From Squalus acanthias (Eukaryota): 64,000 nucleotides of DNA. The translations under genes and the position numbers were made by a program. The notes below the pieces were generated by a model. That model was not told where the DNA came from. It did no database searches and was given only the letters and a program-made list of their open reading frames with translations. Location of the stretch: the NCBI GenBank assembly GCA_030390025.1, contig CM059432.1:101124001-101188000 (forward strand). The letters are read 5' to 3'. The first letter of the stretch is position 1, and every line of letters begins with the position of its first letter. This document shows positions 27,049 to 40,309 of this stretch, one piece after another.

Positions 27049-27284
27049 TGATGCGGAGATGCCGGTGTTGGACTGGGGTGGACAAAATTGAGAAGTCGCA
27101 CAACACCAGGTTATAGTCCAACAGTTTTATTTGAAATCACAAGCTTTCGGAGTTACTGCTCCTTCATCGGGTGAAGTAAAGTATCTCTTTACTTCACCCG
27201 ACGAAGGAGCAGTAACTCCGAAAGCTTGTGATTTCAAATAAAACTGTTGGACTATAACCTGGTGTTGTGTGACTTCTCAATTTT
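27049..27284. mobile_element. Second miniature Penelope-derived hairpin insertion
   Basis: Arms 27084-27181 and 27187-27284 (98 bp, 5-nt loop) with the same one-sided extension. Flanking direct repeat ttttaaaactcct at 27037-27049 and 27281-27293, partly overlapping the element ends. Confidence 0.9.
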
Positions 27285-29763
27285 AAAACTCCTAACACAC
27301 TGGCTCATGTTAATTTAAAAAAATCAAGTGCATTTTCTAATTACTTTTTCTGGGTTACTGCACAGAAACGACTGGTCCCAATATCAAAATCACTGGTACA
27401 TATACCATAACCACAAGAAAACAACTGACCTGTCCAAGGCTTCGTTCACTTGATGGAATATTTCTCACTTGTTCAACCTAAAATGATATCCTTATAATCT
27501 AATGCACAAGCCATATCGCAGCACAAAAGCTTGATTCGAACCTTGCGGCAAGAGAGGAGTGTGGGGCCGGCAGGGCAAGCAGGCAGGCGAGGCGGGCAGG
27601 CGAGCCTCAACACACCAGTGTGAGACATTTTAACTCCCAGACCTCATCACCATTTTGAGAAAGCTACTCCTGCCAGAATCCGGTGGGACTGATGTGGCGA
27701 CCAGCAGACAGGAGCAGAACGAGGCAGCGGCAGGAGGGAATGGTCCCCACTAGCTAGGTAAGTGCGTCAGGGGGTGCGACATGATTGTGGTCAGGAAGGG
27801 GGCAAGTCTGGGGCAGGAGAGGCCCTGCTACTCAATGCCCACAAGGAAACCTTAAAAAAAATTACTTACCTTGGCCCTCTTCTGTGCTTCCTGCTCCTTG
27901 GTGTTGCTGGTGATGCCGGCACTGGGTGCCACCTATGTGACTGCACGTTAAAATGGCGTTGGGTCTGAATTACCTCATCAGACCATGAGTTTTGAATTCC
28001 AGGTAGGTGAGGGTCACAAACGCAGCCCCAAACTCGCCTATTAAAATGGTGCCACGTGTGAGTATGGTTTTGACATGCTGGGGGTCAATTTTCACTTGAT
28101 TGCCCTGTTGTTAATGGGCTGGTCACGGCCTCAAAATTGGGTCAGTAGCATTACTGCTCATTAACCCTAATGATGCAACTGGCTCCTTAATGAAATGGTC
28201 TACCACCAGGCATCCAAAGAGCCTGCCTGTTTCAGGCAATAGGCCCATTTTTAATATGCCAATTGGGCTCCTACGATGTTAAAGAACCCCGATTGCCATT
28301 TTAGGCTCAAACTGGTCTGCGCCGTGCAGATTCCGATTAGTTCCATGGGCGATGGAGCCGAAGAGGCCCAGCAAAGGTAAGTTTGCAATTAATTTTTATG
28401 GGCCTGCTCCTCCGAGTCCCGTAAAAATAATCTGGCTACTGCTGCTTCAGGAGCCCTCCTAAGCGAACACGACTGCCCCCACTTACCTTGCTGGCGGCCA
28501 GTGTGGCTCGATATTGGTAGGCCTGAATATGGCGAGCAGCATCAAGACGCCCATTTGGGGCTGGGGCCTCAACATCATGGCTGCTTCTTCACTTTGACTG
28601 TGGGCAACTGTTCAGCGTGCTCGTGGAAGTCGGTCATCAGAAGACAAAATTAGCCCCGCTGATGTGGAAGTCACACCCATAACTTTTCACACTGCCTATA
28701 TTTTATGCCCCTCACATCCCGTTCTTGTCAGGGGGTTAAAATCAGATCTAAGGTTTTTATAACCTTCCACCTGAGGGCGCAATTTACAAATCAGCACAAG
28801 CATTAATTACTGACGATACACCGGGCATAAAAGTTATGGGTGTGACTTCCACAGCAGTGCAATCAATGCATCGGATTTCATGGAAGGTCCTATTCCTTGG
28901 AGCAGTCAAATTTTTGACCCTCGTCACATCTGCTGCATTGAAATTACTGGACACGTCAGACAGAAATTTAAACCGGATTTTTTTTATGCTATGCCCACTG
29001 GGGCATTTTTTGTCCTGTAAATGGATAAAAGAGTGTGAACGTGTTAGAAGGAAGCTACACAAAATTCTGGATAGCCAAAATGAACAAGTAGGCTCATGAC
29101 ATCCAAGATTCATGTAATTGTCACAGGCTCATTCACTGTTATTGCCATTGCCATTGATATATATATAAATACAAGTTGTTGTTGTTGTCTTGTTGTCATC
29201 ATATTCTTTTTGTGCATCAGCTCAGTGTAAGAATTAAAGGTGAACTTTGTTATATGGAGAAATGTTTTCAGTGTAATGTTCTGCCCATCTCATAAACTGT
29301 CTCTTTTGCGATTTTCAACCTCATTCCTGTCAGGAGAAATCCGTGCTTTTAATCTACTCCCACAGCTCCACAGAGACCCAGCGTTATGAGTCTGACTCTG
29401 ACAATCATTGGACAGCTGACATCAGTTTGTACAAAGTTATATATTATAGGGGTGATTCCTCAATCCTATGCTCCCAGCAAGGATACACACTCCGGGAAGT
29501 GCAGGTTGGAGATAGATTTACAACACTGTAGGCCCAATTCCCAACCTACACTCCCTGCTCGGAACATGGGATCGCCCTGTATCAAGGATATGAAATTGGC
29601 TGCTTGATGCTTAATGTAAAATATACAGAATTACTAAATGTTAATACTACGAAATAATGCAGTGTAATGTTTTATTAATCTTTTCACAGTATGTTAACAT
29701 TCTGAAGTAAGATTTGCTAAATTAAGGCAAGAACTAATTTAGCTCTTGTTGCCACAGAAATAC

Positions 29764-30136
29764 TGTGGCAACAAGAGCAGGTCAGAGGCTGGGTATTCTA
29801 CGGCAAGTGTCTCACCTCCCGACTCCCCAAAGCCTTTCCACCATCTACAAGGCACAAGTCAGGAGAGTGATGGAATACTCTCCACTTGCCTGGATGAGTG
29901 CAGCTCCAACAACACTCAAGATGCTTGACACCATCCAAGACAAAGCAACCCGCTTGATTGGCACCCCATCCACCACCTTAAACATTCACTCCCTCCACCA
30001 CCGGCGTACCGTGGCTGCAGTGTGTACCATCTACAAGATGCACTGCAGCAACTAGCCAAGGCTTCTTCGGCAGCACCTCCCAAACCTCCGACTTCTACCA
30101 CCTAGAAGAACAAGGGCAGCAGGCGCATGGGAACAC
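29764..30136 (+). mobile_element. CR1/L2-group LINE 3' fragment, left part (split by the Gypsy element; resumes at 34651-34885)
   Basis: Near-identical to 39557-39878 (ATRAGQRLGIL...YKAQVR.VMEYSPLAW). The sequence resumes after the 3' LTR. Confidence 0.85.
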
Positions 30137-30351
30137 TGTCATAAATCGCAAGTAACAACTCAGGAAGTACTACTGGGCGGCCAGCTGGGGCGCCGTCCAG
30201 GGAGTATAAATACTCAGGCATGGGCCCACCTTGGGCAGAGACAATCTGGAAACAGGAAGCTAGTGACTGCTAACTAGACCTCCATGTTTTGTTACAAGTT
30301 GATTAAAGCCTTGCTTTATGTTCAAGTGCGTAGTGAGTCTTTATTACGTCA
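30137..30351 (+). repeat. 5' LTR (215 bp), TATAAATA at 30205-30212, ATTAAA at 30302-30307
   Basis: Direct repeat of 34432-34645. Confidence 0.95.
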
Positions 30352-30451
30352 ATTGAATCAACTTGATATCGTCTCCACGCTTTGCGTGATTCGGAACAAC
30401 CAGCTGCAACTCGAACCACAGAAGGGAACTTGGGCAAGAAACTGATCCATC

Positions 30452-33400
30452 ATGGAAAAACTCCTTAGACCCGCTCGTCTCGACCTGGACCCGAATGCAC
30501 CTGCAGCAGCAAAGGTATGGAAGCATTGGTTTCGTACCTTTAGCAACTTTCTTGAAGAATGTGGGGCGGATATCCCTAATAAGTTACGAATGCTTATCAA
30601 CTACGTGTCTCCTCATGTGTATGATTATATTGAGGACTGTATAGACTATGACACTGCTATCGAAATCTTACAGCAGCTATATGTCAAGTCCCCAAATGAA
30701 ATCTTTGCTCGACACCTACTGGCCACAACTCGGCAGCAGCCTGGGGAATCACTCGATGAATTTCTCCAGAAACTTCGCAGGCTCAGCAAGGATTGTAATC
30801 TTAAAGCAGTTTCAGCTGAACAGTATCAAGAGGAACTAATCCGCGATTCCTTTATCAATGGAATCGCGTCCCCTTTTATACGTCAGCGCCTGCTGGAAAA
30901 TAAAACCCTCAATTTACGGGCTGCTTATGACCAGGCGTGTTCCTTGGACTTGGCCAAGAAAAATGCAGACACTTATCTCCCACCACGTGCACGGGCGGCG
31001 GCTATCTCCTTTAATGAGTCTTTCGGTAGGTCTCGGGCGGATGCCCCCACTGATGTTGACTCTACTCTAACAGACGACGACCCTACCCTAGAGGCCTTCG
31101 CTGATGACGACCCCGCCCTAGCAGCATCCTGGCAATCAGGAAGAAAGTGTTTCTTTTGTGGAGGGGCGTGCCATCACAGAAAATTTTGCCCGGCTCGTAA
31201 TGTGACCTGCAATCATTGCAGCAAGAAAGGACACTTTTCCAAGGTATGCCAGTCACGGGCCTTTGCTAACAAGAAAGGCCGCTCCTCTAAAGTATACCGG
31301 TCGAGAGCTCCTGTTAGCTTCACAGCTGCTATCTATGGAGCTGCTCCTCCCCCAAGAACTACTGTTAAGGCTACAGTTGCCGAAGGGAAAATTGCCCCTC
31401 CTCCCATCACGGCTGTTTTTCCCCAAAGTTTGTCCCATGCAGCCACGAAGATTTCAGTAAATGGGCACACTCTAAGCGCGCTAATCGACTCCTGCAGCTC
31501 TGACAGCTTCATTAGTAAGCGGGCTGTCAACAGGTTAAAACTGCACATTTATCCCTCGGACAGGGAGATTGCAATGGCTCTGACGACTCTGACCACCAAT
31601 TCTTCTGGCTTCTGTCTGGTCAACCTCATCCTCAACGGCCGCACGTATCTCTCCACCCGGCTTGGAGTACTCGCAAACTTATGCAGCGATGTGCTTCTGG
31701 GACAGGACTTCCAGAAGCAGCACAAGAAGATCACTTTTGAGTTTGGAGGGTCAAGGCCGGAGCTTACCATTTCTAAGGTGCCGTTTTGTGCACTCTCGGC
31801 GGCCTTACTCGGTGAACCCTCCCTGTTTGCCAATCTTCCCCCCCGCTGTAAACCCATAGCCACCAAATCGCGGCGCTTTAGCCAAGACGATCGAGCGTTT
31901 ATTGAGGCGGAAATCTCTCGCCTTTTAGTCGACGGTATTATCGAGCCATGTTCATCTCCCTGGCGGGCTCAGGTCGTCATCGTGAGGAATCCCTTAAAAC
32001 AACATAAAAAACGTCTGTGTATCGATTATTCGCAGACTATTAATCTATATACCGATCTGGATGCCTACCCGCTGCCACGCATAGATGACATGGTCAACAA
32101 CCTTGCCAAATACAAGGTATTCTCGACCTTCAATTTAAAAAGCGCGTACCATCAGGTGCCACTGCAAGACTCCGACAAGAAGTATACGGCCTTTGAGGCC
32201 AATGGTCGGCTTTTCCAGTTTCGCCGCCTTCCATTCGGGGTCACCAATGGGGTGGCCGTCTTCCAACGGGCCATGGATGGCCTAGTCCGGCAAGAGAACT
32301 TGACGGATACCTTTCCGTATTTAGACAATATCACTATTGCCGGCCATGATCAAAAGGAGCATGACGCCAATCTTCAGAGATTTTTTGACGTACTCCACCG
32401 TCGCCACTTAACGTTAAACGAATCCAAATCGGTGAAGTCGGTGCCATCGGTGAACATTCTTGGCTACTGGGTGGGCAACGGTGTTATTAAACCGGACCCA
32501 GAGCAACTTCGTCCACTTCAGGAGCTCCCTCCCCCGACGAACCTCGGCTCTCTTCGTCGGGCACTTGGCATGTTTGCTTATTACGCAAAATGGATACCAC
32601 ACTTCTCCGATAAAATACAGCCCCTGCTCCATGCGAAGTCTTTTCCATTGGAAGCTACGGCTATTTCTGCCTTCAACCTCCTCAAACGACAGCTGGAGAA
32701 AGCCACGCTTCGCTCCATTGACGAAAATCTTCCTTTTGTGGTCGAATGCGATGCATCGGAGGTGGCGATCTCCGCTACCTTGAATCAAGGTGGCCGACCC
32801 GTGGCATTCCTATCCAGAACCTTGCAGGGTAGCGAGCTCCATTACCCCCCAGTCTAAAAGGAGGCTACGGCCATCATCGAGGCTGTACGCCAATGGGGTC
32901 ATTTTCTTGCTCGGCGTCATTTTACGCTTATAACTGACCAGCGCTCTGTGGCCTTCATGTTGGATAACCGGAGGCGCACGAAAATCAAAAATAATAAAAT
33001 TCAACTCTGGAGGATGGAGCTGGCTGCCTTTGGATATACTATCTGTTACCGACCCGGCAAACAGAACGTGGCCCCAGATACGTTCACACGGGCATTTTGC
33101 TCCTCAATGTCAACGTCGATTCTGGCGGATTTGCATATGGACTTATGCCATCCAGGTGTGACCCGCATGTTGCACTTTGTGCGCTCCAAAAATCTACCAT
33201 TTTCAACCGAGGACGTAAAGAAAACATGCTCGTCCTGTAGGATTTGTGCAGAATTGAAACCACAATTCTTTCGCCCATCAGATGGCTTACTCATACATGC
33301 AATGCAGCCTATGCAGAGGCTCAGCATAGACTTTAAAGGGCCATTGCCTTCGTCGACAAGGAACACCTACCTACTTACGATGGTGGACGAGTATTCACGC

Positions 33401-34393
33401 TTTCCCTTCGCCTTCCCCTGCCCTAATATGCTTACCTCTACGGTAATTAAATGCCTCGATCAGGTCTTTTCCCTTTGCGGGACGGCCAATTTTATCCACA
33501 CTGATCGGGGTCCCTCCTTTATGTCGAGTGAACTTAAAAGTTATCTCTCCCAACGGGGAATCGCCTCAAGTAGGACGACACCATATCACCCAATCGGTAA
33601 CGGACAGGTTGAACGATACAATGCCATCATCTGGAACGCTGTCCGTCTGGCACTAAGGTCACGCAACCTGCCGGACCAGCAGTGGGAAACGGTGCTCCCC
33701 GACGCGTTACACTCTATCAGGTCTCTTCTCTCCACATCTACTAATGTCACGCCTCATGAGCGATTCTTCAAATTCCGGCGTCGCTCTACACATGGGACGT
33801 CTCTACCGTCATGGTTGGTGGCTCCAGGCCCGGTACTACTCCGGAGGTTCGTCCGGTCTGCCAAAAACGACCCTCTCGTCGACGAGGTGGAGTTAACGGA
33901 GGTAAACCCCACGTATGCGCACGTACGGTACCCTGATGGCCGGGAGACCACCGTCTCGCTCTGGGATCTGGCTCCCTGCCCAACCGGTCACACGGGCCCA
34001 AATGATGAAGGATCCCCCGACAATGATATCAACACTCCGCACCCCTATGAAAATGACGCCCCGCCTGGGACATCGGGGGATCTGCCGGCAACGCTACTGG
34101 ATCAACTCAGGGAGCTGGACGCTCCCCGTAGGATGGCCACCCGAAACCAGGACGCCGGACAATCTCCAGCCACGACCCGGGATGAGGCCAGCTCAGCACC
34201 TGTGGGGACCCACACCCGGAGTCATGATATTCCCAGTCCTCCACAGGATGATCAAGATGACACGGACTCTACTGACTTACCGGTACGGGCCAAGCGACCC
34301 AGGGACCAGGACACGGTCCGGGGAGACGTGCCTTCCAGTCACAAGCAGAGAGCTAAACATCTGCGGCTATTTCTGGTCCGCCTAGTCCGTTAA
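30452..34393 (+). pseudogene. Gypsy gag-pol single ORF with one in-frame stop
   Basis: Two CCHC knuckles (CFFCGGACHHRKFC, CNHCSKKGHFSKVC), protease LIDSC, RT (LPFG, YLDN), RNase H (ECDAS), integrase HHCC and D-D-E (IDFKGP, HTDRG, GQVERYN). TAA at 32855-32857 is followed in frame by KEATAIIEAV. Confidence 0.92.
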
Positions 34394-34431
34394 AGGAAGA
34401 CTGGACTTCCAAACCTTTTAGGGAGGAAGAA

Positions 34432-34645
34432 TGTCATAAATCGCAAGTAACAACTCAGGAAGTACTACTGGGCGGCCAGCTGGGGCGCCGTCCAGGGAGT
34501 ATAAATACTCAGGCATGGGCCCACCTTGGACAGAGACAATCTGGAAACAGAAGCTAGTGACTGCTAACTAGACCTCCATGTTTTGTTACAAGTTGATTAA
34601 AGCCTTGCTTTATGTTCAAGTGCGTAGTGAGTCTTTATTACGTCA
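34432..34645 (+). repeat. 3' LTR (214 bp)
   Basis: Direct repeat of 30137-30351, preceded by the PPT. Confidence 0.95.
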
Positions 34646-34650
34646 AACAC

Positions 34651-34885
34651 CACCACCTCCAAGTCACACACCATCCTGACTTAGAAGTATATCGCTGTTC
34701 CTTCATTGTCACTGGGTCAAAATCCTGGAACTCCCTACCTAACAGCACTGTGGGAGTACCTTCACCACACTGACTACAGCGGTTCAAGAAGGCGGCTCAC
34801 CACCACCTTCTCAAGGGCAACTAGGGATGGGCAATAAATACTGGGACTGGCCTTGCCAGTGACGCCCACATCCCACAAACAAATT
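34651..34885 (+). mobile_element. Right part and 3' end of the LINE split by the Gypsy element
   Basis: Matches 39880-40125 (ggcaactagggatgggcaataaa...gacgcccacatccc). Confidence 0.85.
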
Positions 34886-35749
34886 TTAAAAAAGCACAAA
34901 GTTAGTAATCTCAGTCAGAGATGCCATAGAATGGCTGGTGTGGGAAATAGAACATTTCACACTGCTGCTGCAAGGGGTTCTCTTCCAAGACTATGGCTAA
35001 TGTACATTGTTGGACAAAGTAGAGGAAGCTTTACTTCACATCCAACTGCACTAAACTTGACCATGGAGTGCTCCATGCTGACACTAGAGGAGGCAATTTT
35101 AACTCCCAGCTGCCCATCTCATGCCTGTAAATGGACGAGCAGCGTGCCCGTCTATTTTGGGCACGAGGCGACTTAAATAATTAAAAAGAGGTCTTACGAC
35201 AATTGTTGGACCCCGCTTACAATTTTCAGATAGATTTTTGTGGGGCCAGGAGGAGGAGTGCTGGTCCCACTGCCAGCCCATGCGCAAATTTGTTGAAAAT
35301 CACAAAAAATACAGTTCATGGAAATTACGAAATTGGTTCCCCTTCTGCTCACAGGTGCAACCTGATGACTAGGTGTGAACTGGACGATTTCCCACCATCC
35401 CACAACCGGGAGCTGGGTGGTGCCCACAACTCACTGGCTACATTCAAATGAGGCTCAAACCCAGTAATGGTTCAGGCCCCTCGACTCCTCCAACTTTATG
35501 ACCCTTTCGGCCATAAGTCAAAAATTCTGAAATGGAAAGCATTTTCTTCCTCAGCACCAACAGCTCTCAAATTAATGAGAAGAAACTATCATGGTACAAA
35601 AATTTAAAGCAATTTGGGTACTGGTGGATTGATTACTGGAACTATCAGCACAGTGTGAGATAGCATGAAACTCAGTAAATAGGTCCTTAGGTTATACAGC
35701 CACAGCAATAGAGCACAAATCTCAGCAAGTGATTCTGAGTTTATACAGA

Positions 35750-36230
35750 GTTCAGGTCTGGCCCCCACCGCGTACAATTTGGGTTACTGTGCTATGAGAA
35801 AAACCATCCAGGGATTGGAAAGGATACAGTAGAGGATAATTAAATTGATAGCTGGGATTAGGCACGTGAGTTTCTGAGAGGAGGCTGCAGTAATTGGGGA
35901 TGTTTACACCGAGAAGAGAAGGCTCAGGAGTGATCTTATAGAAGTATTCAAGATCCAAAAGGCCATAGATAAGATAAAAATCAATATTTTTATGAAAATA
36001 AATTTTAGATTTAACAACTTTATACAGAGGATGGTGAATCTATAGGGTGGACTGACAAGGGAAGTGGTGGGGGCTGATTGTAGCAGTACATTTTAAGAAA
36101 GAGTTGGGCAAGTACCTGGAGAAAGATTTGATACAGGGTTATGGGGGTGTTGTGGTATAACATGTTTGCTAGACGCTGGGAGCAGCCAGATGGTCTTTTT
36201 CTGTCCTGTATATTTTTTATTTTCCTATGT
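35750..36230 (+). mobile_element. Highly decayed CR1 3' fragment
   Basis: Remnant motifs gagtgatcttatagaagtattcaagat, tatacagaggatggtgaat and a tail atggtctttttctgtcctgta. Confidence 0.5.
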
Positions 36231-36389
36231 AATCAATACATGCACACCATTTCGTCACAGAAAATGCCAAATGATAAGCTCGGGAATTGAGCAATCCGTG
36301 TTCATTTCAAAAATATGATTTGAAGTCGTAAAATTCTTTAGAGTGAGACATAAAACGATCATCTGTATAAAGTATTATCGAGCATGGTG

Positions 36390-37480
36390 AAATTCAGTCT
36401 GAAGGTGATAAACCTGTGGCTGAGGATTTTAGTAGCCGTGCTAAAAGCAGAAGTGGGTGATGTCGCGGAGGTGGAAATAAGTTGGATTTGATGATAGAAA
36501 AGATGTTGGATTTGAAGCAAGCTGGTGGGTTCAGTCTGAGTGAGTAGCCAAGGAGGGGATAGGATTGGGGTATAGGAAGAGAGTTTTTGGTGGCGACTGA
36601 ATAGGATAGCTTCTGTTTTTTCCGAATATTGTGTTGGAGAAAATTCTGGCTCAGCAACAACTTGCTGTCGAATAAGCCGTCAGACAGCACAGTGGTGGTT
36701 ATGAAGTTGAGGTGATGTTGGAGAGGTAAGGCTGGTTGTTGTCCACATACACGTAGAAACTGACCCGATGCTTACAGATAACTGCACTGAGCATGTCGAC
36801 ACGGAATAGGAGGAAGCCAAGTAATGAGCCTTGTGGCATTCCAGCGGTGATATAGTGGAGTGGCGGGGGGGGGGCGGGTGCTGGATTCATTGGAAGACAT
36901 GTAGTAATGGAAATAAGTGAGGACAGTGTCATGGAGCTTGACTACGAAGAGACAGTGGAGGAGAATGAAAATTTACTTCAATAGAAATGAAAATCAGGAG
37001 AGATGTATAACATGAGGCTGAATTGATATTGCACATTTTCCACCATCACCCAAAGTCAAAATTACCCCCATCGACTCCGCTATGGGAGTGGGGGTTGTTG
37101 AGAAGGGCAAGGAGCGATAGCATGTCACAGTCACAGAGGATACCACTTATAACTTTGACCAGGACAACCTCTGCTGTGGGCAGGGTGAAAACTGAACTGA
37201 CAGAATTGGAACAGTGCATGGTGAGGAAGACGTGAGTGTGGAGCGATGTGGTAACCACATGTTCAAAGGCCTCTGAGAAAAAGGAGAAGTTGGAGATGGG
37301 GCGGTATTTGAAGAGGAAGGAGGTGATAATAAAGGCAGCTTTGAAGGTAGCAAGGAAAGGTAGCAGTTGGCAATGTCAGCAAGCTTTGGGCCAAGGGAAG
37401 ACAGCAGTGTAATCGAGAGGGGATCACAAAGGGTACAGAAAGTGGGTCCAATGGATTTTTGTAAAATGGTTATCAATGAG
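36390..37480 (-). mobile_element. Decayed L2-type LINE RT fragment
   Basis: Minus-strand ORF remnants GMPQGSLLGFLLF...YVDN and TAEVVLVKVISGILCDCD. Confidence 0.6.
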
Positions 37481-38844
37481 CATAAAGTACTGCATAGTTA
37501 AAATACACTTTATCATGATCATATACTCAGAGACATAATTCACTTGTTTTATAACTAAGGCCAAGAATATTAAGCCCAGTTTTAATATTATAGATGCATT
37601 GAAGCAGAATTTTTCTTTATTTCCAGTGTAGTCATTAAAATAATAAGCTTTTGAAAGGAAACAGCTCAGGATAATTGTGATTTCTTTTTCTTGTTTAAAA
37701 TGCAGTCAATTTAGTCATCAGAGAAGCTTTCATCACAAAAGTGTGGCTGGATTCAATCACCAATCACAATGTGAAAGTAAAGTATTTCACCGAAGCCTGG
37801 CTGTTTGTGAGTCAATTGATTGGGCGTTTTTCTTTTGAAAGCAAGAAAACATATCTTGAATTCAAGCCTTGGAGATTAGAAGTTGATGGAGGGGACAAAA
37901 GGTTTTTGAATTGACACATGAACATTCTCCTTCCTCAATCAGCTCTCTTTAGTCAATGTAAATTTCAGCTTGTCATGTTCTGAAGGACAGGCAAGATCAA
38001 AAGATCTGTCTTGTTAGGTTACAATCTGTCATCTTCTAAACTAAACAGAATTTATCTATAATTGTTTCAGAAGTTCCCCAATAATAATACATTTGCATAG
38101 TCATGCAGTTTGAATAACTGGCAAATCCATACTGACTGGTGAAGAATATTTTACGATGGCATTGAATAATAATGAGAACACAGACTTTTGGATTGTGGCA
38201 AATAAGCTTTGTTTTCTACTTGGTTACAGTCTAGAAGTGCATGATTCAGGTTTGATCCTTGATGTTTGCGGAGTTACCTGTATCTGTCGGGCAATCGAGG
38301 GATAGCCCTCAAAATCTTTTATGCTAGGTAAAGAATAAATATATGCTACTGCCGTTCACTGTCCAGTGCTCCCTTGTTAAAAATTATGGAGTAAATTTAA
38401 CTGCTGGGCAGCTGACCAGCAGAGTGCACTGACCGGGCAATAATTTTGAGGGATCGGTCCAGTCAATTTTGAGGGGCGGGCCTCAATAGCATCAGGCCGG
38501 TAGGCTGCGGGTGGAAATCGAGCACCCCGGAGCAGTCTGCTGGCTCCGAGCTACCACAAATTCAGGCAGGTCCTCAGCACGTGGTATAATGTTAGAATAT
38601 TGGATTCCAAGAAGTGATGATAAGGGGGATACATTTTAGAGAGCCATCTTTAAGAAGGAATTTTGGTCACTGACTGTGTTTACACAAAGAACATGGTGAT
38701 AAATCATATGCTGATGTATATTATGATGATGCCACACAGGACATTATTTTACATGGACTACACCAGTAGCACTATCTCAGCCCAAACGGATTCTCACTGC
38801 ACTGAAGATTAAACTTCTTGATCCCAAATTTCTTCAGGGCCAGA

Positions 38845-40125
38845 GGCGCACTCCCAACATACTCTCAATCATCAGCAAAGTGATGGAAGATGTCATCGAC
38901 AGTGTTATCAAGCGGCACTCACTCACCAATAACCTGCTCACCGATGCTCAGTTTGGGTTCCGCCAGGACCACTCGGCTCCAGACCTCATTACAGCCTTGG
39001 TCCAAACATGGACAAAAGAGCTGAATTCCAGAGGTGAGGCAAGAGTGACTGCCCTTGACATCAAGGAGCCCTAGTAAAACTGTAGTCAATGGGAATCAGG
39101 GGGAAAACGCTCCACTGGCTGGAGTCATACCTAGCACAAAGGAAGATGGTGGTAGTTACTGGAGGACAATCATCTCAGCCCCAGGACATCGCTGCAGGAG
39201 TTCCTCAGGGCAGTGTCCTAGGCCCAACCATCTTCAGCTGCCTCATCAATGACCTTCCCTCCATCATAAGGTCAGAAGTGGGGATGTTCGCTGACGATTG
39301 CACAGTGTTCAGTTCCATTCGCAACTCCGAAGTGGTCCGTACCCGCATGCAGCAAGACTTGGACGACATTCAGGCTTGGGCTGATAAGTGGCAAGTAACA
39401 TTCGCGCCACACAAGTGCCAAGCAATGACTATCTCCAATAAGAGTCCAACCACCACCCCTTGACATTCAACGGCATGACTATCGACGAATCCCTCAACAT
39501 CAACATCCTTGGGGTCACCATTGGCCAGAAACTTAACTGGACCAGCCACATAAATACTGTAGCTACAAGAGCAGGTCAGAGGCTGGGTATTCTGCAACAA
39601 GCGTCTCACCTTCTGACTCCCCAAAGCCTTTCCACCATCTACAAGGCACAAGTCAGGAGTGTGATGGAATACTCTCCACTTGCCTGGATGAGTGCAGCTC
39701 CAACATCACTCAAGAAGCTCGACACCATCCAAGACAAAGCAGCCTACTTGATTGGCACCCCATCCACCACCTTAAACATTCACTCCCTCCACCACAGCCA
39801 AGGCTTCTTCAGCACCACCTCCCAAACCCGCGACCTCTACCACCTAGAAGGACAAGGGCAGCAGGTGCATGGGAACACCACTACCTCCAAGTTCCCCTCC
39901 AAGTCACGCACCGTCCTTATTTGGAAATATATCGGTGTTCCTTCATCGTCGCTGGGTCAAAATCCTGGAACTCCCTCCCTAACAGCACTGTGGGAGTACC
40001 TTCACCGCAAGGACTGCAGCGGTTCAAGGCGGCGGCTCACCACCCTTTCTCAAGGGCAATTAGGGATGGGCAATAAATGCTGGCCTTGCCGGCGACGCCC
40101 ACATCCCAGGAACGAATTTTGAAAA
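38845..40125 (+). mobile_element. CR1/L2-group LINE, 5'-truncated, frameshifted RT
   Basis: AQFGFRQDHS, ALDIK, GVPQGSVLGPTIF, MFADD, WADKWQVTF. Same family as 29764-34885. Confidence 0.88.
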
Positions 40126-40309
40126 AAGTTGGAAATGCCGGGTCCCAGCCCAGGTAGCCAATTTCTGAGGCATATGGAATCTCTGTCCACCCCAAACATG
40201 GCCCATGACACTGGGATAGGGCAGGCCCGTGGAAAGAGATTTCCCAGACTGGGACTTTCTTGGCCCCAGCTTCCCTTCCACCCAGTGACCTGATGATCCC
40301 AGCATGCAG

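Larger units (their letters stand above)
30137..34645 (+). mobile_element. Full-length Ty3/Gypsy LTR retrotransposon, recent insertion
   Basis: TG...CA LTRs at 30137-30351 and 34432-34645 differ by one substitution and one 1-bp indel (read by eye). 5-bp TSD aacac at 30132-30136 and 34646-34650. PPT agggaggaagaa at 34420-34431. Domain order gag-PR-RT-RH-IN. Confidence 0.97.

Noticed and set aside
37660..38100. Unique-looking stretch that might be a conserved non-coding element
   Set aside because: Cannot be supported without cross-species alignment.
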